Assembly: GCA_000004985.1 (NCBI GenBank)
Contig: GG738923.1
Length of the DNA stretch: 64,000 nt
Direction: 5' to 3' (one strand)
Origin: Naegleria gruberi
Lineage: Eukaryota
Shown: in pieces, positions 26,101 through 38,100 of the stretch
Layout: the number at the start of each line of letters is the position of its first letter
Position numbering within the stretch: position 1 is the stretch's first letter
The notes under the pieces: generated by a model
Told to the model about the DNA's origin: nothing
What the model saw: the letters and a program-made list of their open reading frames with translations, nothing else
The model's database searches: none
Program-made: the position numbers and the translations under genes

Positions 26101-29100
26101 NNNNNNNNNNNNNNNNNNNNNNNNNNNNNNNNNNNNNNNNNNNNNNNNNNNNNNNNNNNNNNNNNNNNNNNNNNNNNNNNNNNNNNNNNNNNNNNNNNNN
26201 NNNNNNNNNNNNNNNNNNNNNNNNNNNNNNNNNNNNNNNNNNNNNNNNNNNNNNNNNNNNNNNNNNNNNNNNNNNNNNNNNNNNNNNNNNNNNNNNNNNN
26301 NNNNNNNNNNNNNNNNNNNNNNNNNNNNNNNNNNNNNNNNNNNNNNNNNNNNNNNNNNNNNNNNNNNNNNNNNNNNNNNNNNNNNNNNNNNNNNNNNNNN
26401 NNNNNNNNNNNNNNNNNNNNNNNNNNNNNNNNNNNNNNNNNNNNNNNNNNNNNNNNNNNNNNNNNNNNNNNNNNNNNNNNNNNNNNNNNNNNNNNNNNNN
26501 NNNNNNNNNNNNNNNNNNNNNNNNNNNNNNNNNNNNNNNNNNNNNNNNNNNNNNNNNNNNNNNNNNNNNNNNNNNNNNNNNNNNNNNNNNNNNNNNNNNN
26601 NNNNNNNNNNNNNNNNNNNNNNNNNNNNNNNNNNNNNNNNNNNNNNNNNNNNNNNNNNNNNNNNNNNNNNNNNNNNNNNNNNNNNNNNNNNNNNNNNNNN
26701 NNNNNNNNNNNNNNNNNNNNNNNNNNNNNNNNNNNNNNNNNNNNNNNNNNNNNNNNNNNNNNNNNNNNNNNNNNNNNNNNNNNNNNNNNNNNNNNNNNNN
26801 NNNNNNNNNNNNNNNNNNNNNNNNNNNNNNNNNNNNNNNNNNNNNNNNNNNNNNNNNNNNNNNNNNNNNNNNNNNNNNNNNNNNNNNNNNNNNNNNNNNN
26901 NNNNNNNNNNNNNNNNNNNNNNNNNNNNNNNNNNNNNNNNNNNNNNNNNNNNNNNNNNNNNNNNNNNNNNNNNNNNNNNNNNNNNNNNNNNNNNNNNNNN
27001 NNNNNNNNNNNNNNNNNNNNNNNNNNNNNNNNNNNNNNNNNNNNNNNNNNNNNNNNNNNNNNNNNNNNNNNNNNNNNNNNNNNNNNNNNNNNNNNNNNNN
27101 NNNNNNNNNNNNNNNNNNNNNNNNNNNNNNNNNNNNNNNNNNNNNNNNNNNNNNNNNNNNNNNNNNNNNNNNNNNNNNNNNNNNNNNNNNNNNNNNNNNN
27201 NNNNNNNNNNNNNNNNNNNNNNNNNNNNNNNNNNNNNNNNNNNNNNNNNNNNNNNNNNNNNNNNNNNNNNNNNNNNNNNNNNNNNNNNNNNNNNNNNNNN
27301 NNNNNNNNNNNNNNNNNNNNNNNNNNNNNNNNNNNNNNNNNNNNNNNNNNNNNNNNNNNNNNNNNNNNNNNNNNNNNNNNNNNNNNNNNNNNNNNNNNNN
27401 NNNNNNNNNNNNNNNNNNNNNNNNNNNNNNNNNNNNNNNNNNNNNNNNNNNNNNNNNNNNNNNNNNNNNNNNNNNNNNNNNNNNNNNNNNNNNNNNNNNN
27501 NNNNNNNNNNNNNNNNNNNNNNNNNNNNNNNNNNNNNNNNNNNNNNNNNNNNNNNNNNNNNNNNNNNNNNNNNNNNNNNNNNNNNNNNNNNNNNNNNNNN
27601 NNNNNNNNNNNNNNNNNNNNNNNNNNNNNNNNNNNNNNNNNNNNNNNNNNNNNNNNNNNNNNNNNNNNNNNNNNNNNNNNNNNNNNNNNNNNNNNNNNNN
27701 NNNNNNNNNNNNNNNNNNNNNNNNNNNNNNNNNNNNNNNNNNNNNNNNNNNNNNNNNNNNNNNNNNNNNNNNNNNNNNNNNNNNNNNNNNNNNNNNNNNN
27801 NNNNNNNNNNNNNNNNNNNNNNNNNNNNNNNNNNNNNNNNNNNNNNNNNNNNNNNNNNNNNNNNNNNNNNNNNNNNNNNNNNNNNNNNNNNNNNNNNNNN
27901 NNNNNNNNNNNNNNNNNNNNNNNNNNNNNNNNNNNNNNNNNNNNNNNNNNNNNNNNNNNNNNNNNNNNNNNNNNNNNNNNNNNNNNNNNNNNNNNNNNNN
28001 NNNNNNNNNNNNNNNNNNNNNNNNNNNNNNNNNNNNNNNNNNNNNNNNNNNNNNNNNNNNNNNNNNNNNNNNNNNNNNNNNNNNNNNNNNNNNNNNNNNN
28101 NNNNNNNNNNNNNNNNNNNNNNNNNNNNNNNNNNNNNNNNNNNNNNNNNNNNNNNNNNNNNNNNNNNNNNNNNNNNNNNNNNNNNNNNNNNNNNNNNNNN
28201 NNNNNNNNNNNNNNNNNNNNNNNNNNNNNNNNNNNNNNNNNNNNNNNNNNNNNNNNNNNNNNNNNNNNNNNNNNNNNNNNNNNNNNNNNNNNNNNNNNNN
28301 NNNNNNNNNNNNNNNNNNNNNNNNNNNNNNNNNNNNNNNNNNNNNNNNNNNNNNNNNNNNNNNNNNNNNNNNNNNNNNNNNNNNNNNNNNNNNNNNNNNN
28401 NNNNNNNNNNNNNNNNNNNNNNNNNNNNNNNNNNNNNNNNNNNNNNNNNNNNNNNNNNNNNNNNNNNNNNNNNNNNNNNNNNNNNNNNNNNNNNNNNNNN
28501 NNNNNNNNNNNNNNNNNNNNNNNNNNNNNNNNNNNNNNNNNNNNNNNNNNNNNNNNNNNNNNNNNNNNNNNNNNNNNNNNNNNNNNNNNNNNNNNNNNNN
28601 NNNNNNNNNNNNNNNNNNNNNNNNNNNNNNNNNNNNNNNNNNNNNNNNNNNNNNNNNNNNNNNNNNNNNNNNNNNNNNNNNNNNNNNNNNNNNNNNNNNN
28701 NNNNNNNNNNNNNNNNNNNNNNNNNNNNNNNNNNNNNNNNNNNNNNNNNNNNNNNNNNNNNNNNNNNNNNNNNNNNNNNNNNNNNNNNNNNNNNNNNNNN
28801 NNNNNNNNNNNNNNNNNNNNNNNNNNNNNNNNNNNNNNNNNNNNNNNNNNNNNNNNNNNNNNNNNNNNNNNNNNNNNNNNNNNNNNNNNNNNNNNNNNNN
28901 NNNNNNNNNNNNNNNNNNNNNNNNNNNNNNNNNNNNNNNNNNNNNNNNNNNNNNNNNNNNNNNNNNNNNNNNNNNNNNNNNNNNNNNNNNNNNNNNNNNN
29001 NNNNNNNNNNNNNNNNNNNNNNNNNNNNNNNNNNNNNNNNNNNNNNNNNNNNNNNNNNNNNNNNNNNNNNNNNNNNNNNNNNNNNNNNNNNNNNNNNNNN

Positions 29101-32100
29101 NNNNNNNNNNNNNNNNNNNNNNNNNNNNNNNNNNNNNNNNNNNNNNNNNNNNNNNNNNNNNNNNNNNNNNNNNNNNNNNNNNNNNNNNNNNNNNNNNNNN
29201 NNNNNNNNNNNNNNNNNNNNNNNNNNNNNNNNNNNNNNNNNNNNNNNNNNNNNNNNNNNNNNNNNNNNNNNNNNNNNNNNNNNNNNNNNNNNNNNNNNNN
29301 NNNNNNNNNNNNNNNNNNNNNNNNNNNNNNNNNNNNNNNNNNNNNNNNNNNNNNNNNNNNNNNNNNNNNNNNNNNNNNNNNNNNNNNNNNNNNNNNNNNN
29401 NNNNNNNNNNNNNNNNNNNNNNNNNNNNNNNNNNNNNNNNNNNNNNNNNNNNNNNNNNNNNNNNNNNNNNNNNNNNNNNNNNNNNNNNNNNNNNNNNNNN
29501 NNNNNNNNNNNNNNNNNNNNNNNNNNNNNNNNNNNNNNNNNNNNNNNNNNNNNNNNNNNNNNNNNNNNNNNNNNNNNNNNNNNNNNNNNNNNNNNNNNNN
29601 NNNNNNNNNNNNNNNNNNNNNNNNNNNNNNNNNNNNNNNNNNNNNNNNNNNNNNNNNNNNNNNNNNNNNNNNNNNNNNNNNNNNNNNNNNNNNNNNNNNN
29701 NNNNNNNNNNNNNNNNNNNNNNNNNNNNNNNNNNNNNNNNNNNNNNNNNNNNNNNNNNNNNNNNNNNNNNNNNNNNNNNNNNNNNNNNNNNNNNNNNNNN
29801 NNNNNNNNNNNNNNNNNNNNNNNNNNNNNNNNNNNNNNNNNNNNNNNNNNNNNNNNNNNNNNNNNNNNNNNNNNNNNNNNNNNNNNNNNNNNNNNNNNNN
29901 NNNNNNNNNNNNNNNNNNNNNNNNNNNNNNNNNNNNNNNNNNNNNNNNNNNNNNNNNNNNNNNNNNNNNNNNNNNNNNNNNNNNNNNNNNNNNNNNNNNN
30001 NNNNNNNNNNNNNNNNNNNNNNNNNNNNNNNNNNNNNNNNNNNNNNNNNNNNNNNNNNNNNNNNNNNNNNNNNNNNNNNNNNNNNNNNNNNNNNNNNNNN
30101 NNNNNNNNNNNNNNNNNNNNNNNNNNNNNNNNNNNNNNNNNNNNNNNNNNNNNNNNNNNNNNNNNNNNNNNNNNNNNNNNNNNNNNNNNNNNNNNNNNNN
30201 NNNNNNNNNNNNNNNNNNNNNNNNNNNNNNNNNNNNNNNNNNNNNNNNNNNNNNNNNNNNNNNNNNNNNNNNNNNNNNNNNNNNNNNNNNNNNNNNNNNN
30301 NNNNNNNNNNNNNNNNNNNNNNNNNNNNNNNNNNNNNNNNNNNNNNNNNNNNNNNNNNNNNNNNNNNNNNNNNNNNNNNNNNNNNNNNNNNNNNNNNNNN
30401 NNNNNNNNNNNNNNNNNNNNNNNNNNNNNNNNNNNNNNNNNNNNNNNNNNNNNNNNNNNNNNNNNNNNNNNNNNNNNNNNNNNNNNNNNNNNNNNNNNNN
30501 NNNNNNNNNNNNNNNNNNNNNNNNNNNNNNNNNNNNNNNNNNNNNNNNNNNNNNNNNNNNNNNNNNNNNNNNNNNNNNNNNNNNNNNNNNNNNNNNNNNN
30601 NNNNNNNNNNNNNNNNNNNNNNNNNNNNNNNNNNNNNNNNNNNNNNNNNNNNNNNNNNNNNNNNNNNNNNNNNNNNNNNNNNNNNNNNNNNNNNNNNNNN
30701 NNNNNNNNNNNNNNNNNNNNNNNNNNNNNNNNNNNNNNNNNNNNNNNNNNNNNNNNNNNNNNNNNNNNNNNNNNNNNNNNNNNNNNNNNNNNNNNNNNNN
30801 NNNNNNNNNNNNNNNNNNNNNNNNNNNNNNNNNNNNNNNNNNNNNNNNNNNNNNNNNNNNNNNNNNNNNNNNNNNNNNNNNNNNNNNNNNNNNNNNNNNN
30901 NNNNNNNNNNNNNNNNNNNNNNNNNNNNNNNNNNNNNNNNNNNNNNNNNNNNNNNNNNNNNNNNNNNNNNNNNNNNNNNNNNNNNNNNNNNNNNNNNNNN
31001 NNNNNNNNNNNNNNNNNNNNNNNNNNNNNNNNNNNNNNNNNNNNNNNNNNNNNNNNNNNNNNNNNNNNNNNNNNNNNNNNNNNNNNNNNNNNNNNNNNNN
31101 NNNNNNNNNNNNNNNNNNNNNNNNNNNNNNNNNNNNNNNNNNNNNNNNNNNNNNNNNNNNNNNNNNNNNNNNNNNNNNNNNNNNNNNNNNNNNNNNNNNN
31201 NNNNNNNNNNNNNNNNNNNNNNNNNNNNNNNNNNNNNNNNNNNNNNNNNNNNNNNNNNNNNNNNNNNNNNNNNNNNNNNNNNNNNNNNNNNNNNNNNNNN
31301 NNNNNNNNNNNNNNNNNNNNNNNNNNNNNNNNNNNNNNNNNNNNNNNNNNNNNNNNNNNNNNNNNNNNNNNNNNNNNNNNNNNNNNNNNNNNNNNNNNNN
31401 NNNNNNNNNNNNNNNNNNNNNNNNNNNNNNNNNNNNNNNNNNNNNNNNNNNNNNNNNNNNNNNNNNNNNNNNNNNNNNNNNNNNNNNNNNNNNNNNNNNN
31501 NNNNNNNNNNNNNNNNNNNNNNNNNNNNNNNNNNNNNNNNNNNNNNNNNNNNNNNNNNNNNNNNNNNNNNNNNNNNNNNNNNNNNNNNNNNNNNNNNNNN
31601 NNNNNNNNNNNNNNNNNNNNNNNNNNNNNNNNNNNNNNNNNNNNNNNNNNNNNNNNNNNNNNNNNNNNNNNNNNNNNNNNNNNNNNNNNNNNNNNNNNNN
31701 NNNNNNNNNNNNNNNNNNNNNNNNNNNNNNNNNNNNNNNNNNNNNNNNNNNNNNNNNNNNNNNNNNNNNNNNNNNNNNNNNNNNNNNNNNNNNNNNNNNN
31801 NNNNNNNNNNNNNNNNNNNNNNNNNNNNNNNNNNNNNNNNNNNNNNNNNNNNNNNNNNNNNNNNNNNNNNNNNNNNNNNNNNNNNNNNNNNNNNNNNNNN
31901 NNNNNNNNNNNNNNNNNNNNNNNNNNNNNNNNNNNNNNNNNNNNNNNNNNNNNNNNNNNNNNNNNNNNNNNNNNNNNNNNNNNNNNNNNNNNNNNNNNNN
32001 NNNNNNNNNNNNNNNNNNNNNNNNNNNNNNNNNNNNNNNNNNNNNNNNNNNNNNNNNNNNNNNNNNNNNNNNNNNNNNNNNNNNNNNNNNNNNNNNNNNN

Positions 32101-35100
32101 NNNNNNNNNNNNNNNNNNNNNNNNNNNNNNNNNNNNNNNNNNNNNNNNNNNNNNNNNNNNNNNNNNNNNNNNNNNNNNNNNNNNNNNNNNNNNNNNNNNN
32201 NNNNNNNNNNNNNNNNNNNNNNNNNNNNNNNNNNNNNNNNNNNNNNNNNNNNNNNNNNNNNNNNNNNNNNNNNNNNNNNNNNNNNNNNNNNNNNNNNNNN
32301 NNNNNNNNNNNNNNNNNNNNNNNNNNNNNNNNNNNNNNNNNNNNNNNNNNNNNNNNNNNNNNNNNNNNNNNNNNNNNNNNNNNNNNNNNNNNNNNNNNNN
32401 NNNNNNNNNNNNNNNNNNNNNNNNNNNNNNNNNNNNNNNNNNNNNNNNNNNNNNNNNNNNNNNNNNNNNNNNNNNNNNNNNNNNNNNNNNNNNNNNNNNN
32501 NNNNNNNNNNNNNNNNNNNNNNNNNNNNNNNNNNNNNNNNNNNNNNNNNNNNNNNNNNNNNNNNNNNNNNNNNNNNNNNNNNNNNNNNNNNNNNNNNNNN
32601 NNNNNNNNNNNNNNNNNNNNNNNNNNNNNNNNNNNNNNNNNNNNNNNNNNNNNNNNNNNNNNNNNNNNNNNNNNNNNNNNNNNNNNNNNNNNNNNNNNNN
32701 NNNNNNNNNNNNNNNNNNNNNNNNNNNNNNNNNNNNNNNNNNNNNNNNNNNNNNNNNNNNNNNNNNNNNNNNNNNNNNNNNNNNNNNNNNNNNNNNNNNN
32801 NNNNNNNNNNNNNNNNNNNNNNNNNNNNNNNNNNNNNNNNNNNNNNNNNNNNNNNNNNNNNNNNNNNNNNNNNNNNNNNNNNNNNNNNNNNNNNNNNNNN
32901 NNNNNNNNNNNNNNNNNNNNNNNNNNNNNNNNNNNNNNNNNNNNNNNNNNNNNNNNNNNNNNNNNNNNNNNNNNNNNNNNNNNNNNNNNNNNNNNNNNNN
33001 NNNNNNNNNNNNNNNNNNNNNNNNNNNNNNNNNNNNNNNNNNNNNNNNNNNNNNNNNNNNNNNNNNNNNNNNNNNNNNNNNNNNNNNNNNNNNNNNNNNN
33101 NNNNNNNNNNNNNNNNNNNNNNNNNNNNNNNNNNNNNNNNNNNNNNNNNNNNNNNNNNNNNNNNNNNNNNNNNNNNNNNNNNNNNNNNNNNNNNNNNNNN
33201 NNNNNNNNNNNNNNNNNNNNNNNNNNNNNNNNNNNNNNNNNNNNNNNNNNNNNNNNNNNNNNNNNNNNNNNNNNNNNNNNNNNNNNNNNNNNNNNNNNNN
33301 NNNNNNNNNNNNNNNNNNNNNNNNNNNNNNNNNNNNNNNNNNNNNNNNNNNNNNNNNNNNNNNNNNNNNNNNNNNNNNNNNNNNNNNNNNNNNNNNNNNN
33401 NNNNNNNNNNNNNNNNNNNNNNNNNNNNNNNNNNNNNNNNNNNNNNNNNNNNNNNNNNNNNNNNNNNNNNNNNNNNNNNNNNNNNNNNNNNNNNNNNNNN
33501 NNNNNNNNNNNNNNNNNNNNNNNNNNNNNNNNNNNNNNNNNNNNNNNNNNNNNNNNNNNNNNNNNNNNNNNNNNNNNNNNNNNNNNNNNNNNNNNNNNNN
33601 NNNNNNNNNNNNNNNNNNNNNNNNNNNNNNNNNNNNNNNNNNNNNNNNNNNNNNNNNNNNNNNNNNNNNNNNNNNNNNNNNNNNNNNNNNNNNNNNNNNN
33701 NNNNNNNNNNNNNNNNNNNNNNNNNNNNNNNNNNNNNNNNNNNNNNNNNNNNNNNNNNNNNNNNNNNNNNNNNNNNNNNNNNNNNNNNNNNNNNNNNNNN
33801 NNNNNNNNNNNNNNNNNNNNNNNNNNNNNNNNNNNNNNNNNNNNNNNNNNNNNNNNNNNNNNNNNNNNNNNNNNNNNNNNNNNNNNNNNNNNNNNNNNNN
33901 NNNNNNNNNNNNNNNNNNNNNNNNNNNNNNNNNNNNNNNNNNNNNNNNNNNNNNNNNNNNNNNNNNNNNNNNNNNNNNNNNNNNNNNNNNNNNNNNNNNN
34001 NNNNNNNNNNNNNNNNNNNNNNNNNNNNNNNNNNNNNNNNNNNNNNNNNNNNNNNNNNNNNNNNNNNNNNNNNNNNNNNNNNNNNNNNNNNNNNNNNNNN
34101 NNNNNNNNNNNNNNNNNNNNNNNNNNNNNNNNNNNNNNNNNNNNNNNNNNNNNNNNNNNNNNNNNNNNNNNNNNNNNNNNNNNNNNNNNNNNNNNNNNNN
34201 NNNNNNNNNNNNNNNNNNNNNNNNNNNNNNNNNNNNNNNNNNNNNNNNNNNNNNNNNNNNNNNNNNNNNNNNNNNNNNNNNNNNNNNNNNNNNNNNNNNN
34301 NNNNNNNNNNNNNNNNNNNNNNNNNNNNNNNNNNNNNNNNNNNNNNNNNNNNNNNNNNNNNNNNNNNNNNNNNNNNNNNNNNNNNNNNNNNNNNNNNNNN
34401 NNNNNNNNNNNNNNNNNNNNNNNNNNNNNNNNNNNNNNNNNNNNNNNNNNNNNNNNNNNNNNNNNNNNNNNNNNNNNNNNNNNNNNNNNNNNNNNNNNNN
34501 NNNNNNNNNNNNNNNNNNNNNNNNNNNNNNNNNNNNNNNNNNNNNNNNNNNNNNNNNNNNNNNNNNNNNNNNNNNNNNNNNNNNNNNNNNNNNNNNNNNN
34601 NNNNNNNNNNNNNNNNNNNNNNNNNNNNNNNNNNNNNNNNNNNNNNNNNNNNNNNNNNNNNNNNNNNNNNNNNNNNNNNNNNNNNNNNNNNNNNNNNNNN
34701 NNNNNNNNNNNNNNNNNNNNNNNNNNNNNNNNNNNNNNNNNNNNNNNNNNNNNNNNNNNNNNNNNNNNNNNNNNNNNNNNNNNNNNNNNNNNNNNNNNNN
34801 NNNNNNNNNNNNNNNNNNNNNNNNNNNNNNNNNNNNNNNNNNNNNNNNNNNNNNNNNNNNNNNNNNNNNNNNNNNNNNNNNNNNNNNNNNNNNNNNNNNN
34901 NNNNNNNNNNNNNNNNNNNNNNNNNNNNNNNNNNNNNNNNNNNNNNNNNNNNNNNNNNNNNNNNNNNNNNNNNNNNNNNNNNNNNNNNNNNNNNNNNNNN
35001 NNNNNNNNNNNNNNNNNNNNNNNNNNNNNNNNNNNNNNNNNNNNNNNNNNNNNNNNNNNNNNNNNNNNNNNNNNNNNNNNNNNNNNNNNNNNNNNNNNNN

Positions 35101-38100
35101 NNNNNNNNNNNNNNNNNNNNNNNNNNNNNNNNNNNNNNNNNNNNNNNNNNNNNNNNNNNNNNNNNNNNNNNNNNNNNNNNNNNNNNNNNNNNNNNNNNNN
35201 NNNNNNNNNNNNNNNNNNNNNNNNNNNNNNNNNNNNNNNNNNNNNNNNNNNNNNNNNNNNNNNNNNNNNNNNNNNNNNNNNNNNNNNNNNNNNNNNNNNN
35301 NNNNNNNNNNNNNNNNNNNNNNNNNNNNNNNNNNNNNNNNNNNNNNNNNNNNNNNNNNNNNNNNNNNNNNNNNNNNNNNNNNNNNNNNNNNNNNNNNNNN
35401 NNNNNNNNNNNNNNNNNNNNNNNNNNNNNNNNNNNNNNNNNNNNNNNNNNNNNNNNNNNNNNNNNNNNNNNNNNNNNNNNNNNNNNNNNNNNNNNNNNNN
35501 NNNNNNNNNNNNNNNNNNNNNNNNNNNNNNNNNNNNNNNNNNNNNNNNNNNNNNNNNNNNNNNNNNNNNNNNNNNNNNNNNNNNNNNNNNNNNNNNNNNN
35601 NNNNNNNNNNNNNNNNNNNNNNNNNNNNNNNNNNNNNNNNNNNNNNNNNNNNNNNNNNNNNNNNNNNNNNNNNNNNNNNNNNNNNNNNNNNNNNNNNNNN
35701 NNNNNNNNNNNNNNNNNNNNNNNNNNNNNNNNNNNNNNNNNNNNNNNNNNNNNNNNNNNNNNNNNNNNNNNNNNNNNNNNNNNNNNNNNNNNNNNNNNNN
35801 NNNNNNNNNNNNNNNNNNNNNNNNNNNNNNNNNNNNNNNNNNNNNNNNNNNNNNNNNNNNNNNNNNNNNNNNNNNNNNNNNNNNNNNNNNNNNNNNNNNN
35901 NNNNNNNNNNNNNNNNNNNNNNNNNNNNNNNNNNNNNNNNNNNNNNNNNNNNNNNNNNNNNNNNNNNNNNNNNNNNNNNNNNNNNNNNNNNNNNNNNNNN
36001 NNNNNNNNNNNNNNNNNNNNNNNNNNNNNNNNNNNNNNNNNNNNNNNNNNNNNNNNNNNNNNNNNNNNNNNNNNNNNNNNNNNNNNNNNNNNNNNNNNNN
36101 NNNNNNNNNNNNNNNNNNNNNNNNNNNNNNNNNNNNNNNNNNNNNNNNNNNNNNNNNNNNNNNNNNNNNNNNNNNNNNNNNNNNNNNNNNNNNNNNNNNN
36201 NNNNNNNNNNNNNNNNNNNNNNNNNNNNNNNNNNNNNNNNNNNNNNNNNNNNNNNNNNNNNNNNNNNNNNNNNNNNNNNNNNNNNNNNNNNNNNNNNNNN
36301 NNNNNNNNNNNNNNNNNNNNNNNNNNNNNNNNNNNNNNNNNNNNNNNNNNNNNNNNNNNNNNNNNNNNNNNNNNNNNNNNNNNNNNNNNNNNNNNNNNNN
36401 NNNNNNNNNNNNNNNNNNNNNNNNNNNNNNNNNNNNNNNNNNNNNNNNNNNNNNNNNNNNNNNNNNNNNNNNNNNNNNNNNNNNNNNNNNNNNNNNNNNN
36501 NNNNNNNNNNNNNNNNNNNNNNNNNNNNNNNNNNNNNNNNNNNNNNNNNNNNNNNNNNNNNNNNNNNNNNNNNNNNNNNNNNNNNNNNNNNNNNNNNNNN
36601 NNNNNNNNNNNNNNNNNNNNNNNNNNNNNNNNNNNNNNNNNNNNNNNNNNNNNNNNNNNNNNNNNNNNNNNNNNNNNNNNNNNNNNNNNNNNNNNNNNNN
36701 NNNNNNNNNNNNNNNNNNNNNNNNNNNNNNNNNNNNNNNNNNNNNNNNNNNNNNNNNNNNNNNNNNNNNNNNNNNNNNNNNNNNNNNNNNNNNNNNNNNN
36801 NNNNNNNNNNNNNNNNNNNNNNNNNNNNNNNNNNNNNNNNNNNNNNNNNNNNNNNNNNNNNNNNNNNNNNNNNNNNNNNNNNNNNNNNNNNNNNNNNNNN
36901 NNNNNNNNNNNNNNNNNNNNNNNNNNNNNNNNNNNNNNNNNNNNNNNNNNNNNNNNNNNNNNNNNNNNNNNNNNNNNNNNNNNNNNNNNNNNNNNNNNNN
37001 NNNNNNNNNNNNNNNNNNNNNNNNNNNNNNNNNNNNNNNNNNNNNNNNNNNNNNNNNNNNNNNNNNNNNNNNNNNNNNNNNNNNNNNNNNNNNNNNNNNN
37101 NNNNNNNNNNNNNNNNNNNNNNNNNNNNNNNNNNNNNNNNNNNNNNNNNNNNNNNNNNNNNNNNNNNNNNNNNNNNNNNNNNNNNNNNNNNNNNNNNNNN
37201 NNNNNNNNNNNNNNNNNNNNNNNNNNNNNNNNNNNNNNNNNNNNNNNNNNNNNNNNNNNNNNNNNNNNNNNNNNNNNNNNNNNNNNNNNNNNNNNNNNNN
37301 NNNNNNNNNNNNNNNNNNNNNNNNNNNNNNNNNNNNNNNNNNNNNNNNNNNNNNNNNNNNNNNNNNNNNNNNNNNNNNNNNNNNNNNNNNNNNNNNNNNN
37401 NNNNNNNNNNNNNNNNNNNNNNNNNNNNNNNNNNNNNNNNNNNNNNNNNNNNNNNNNNNNNNNNNNNNNNNNNNNNNNNNNNNNNNNNNNNNNNNNNNNN
37501 NNNNNNNNNNNNNNNNNNNNNNNNNNNNNNNNNNNNNNNNNNNNNNNNNNNNNNNNNNNNNNNNNNNNNNNNNNNNNNNNNNNNNNNNNNNNNNNNNNNN
37601 NNNNNNNNNNNNNNNNNNNNNNNNNNNNNNNNNNNNNNNNNNNNNNNNNNNNNNNNNNNNNNNNNNNNNNNNNNNNNNNNNNNNNNNNNNNNNNNNNNNN
37701 NNNNNNNNNNNNNNNNNNNNNNNNNNNNNNNNNNNNNNNNNNNNNNNNNNNNNNNNNNNNNNNNNNNNNNNNNNNNNNNNNNNNNNNNNNNNNNNNNNNN
37801 NNNNNNNNNNNNNNNNNNNNNNNNNNNNNNNNNNNNNNNNNNNNNNNNNNNNNNNNNNNNNNNNNNNNNNNNNNNNNNNNNNNNNNNNNNNNNNNNNNNN
37901 NNNNNNNNNNNNNNNNNNNNNNNNNNNNNNNNNNNNNNNNNNNNNNNNNNNNNNNNNNNNNNNNNNNNNNNNNNNNNNNNNNNNNNNNNNNNNNNNNNNN
38001 NNNNNNNNNNNNNNNNNNNNNNNNNNNNNNNNNNNNNNNNNNNNNNNNNNNNNNNNNNNNNNNNNNNNNNNNNNNNNNNNNNNNNNNNNNNNNNNNNNNN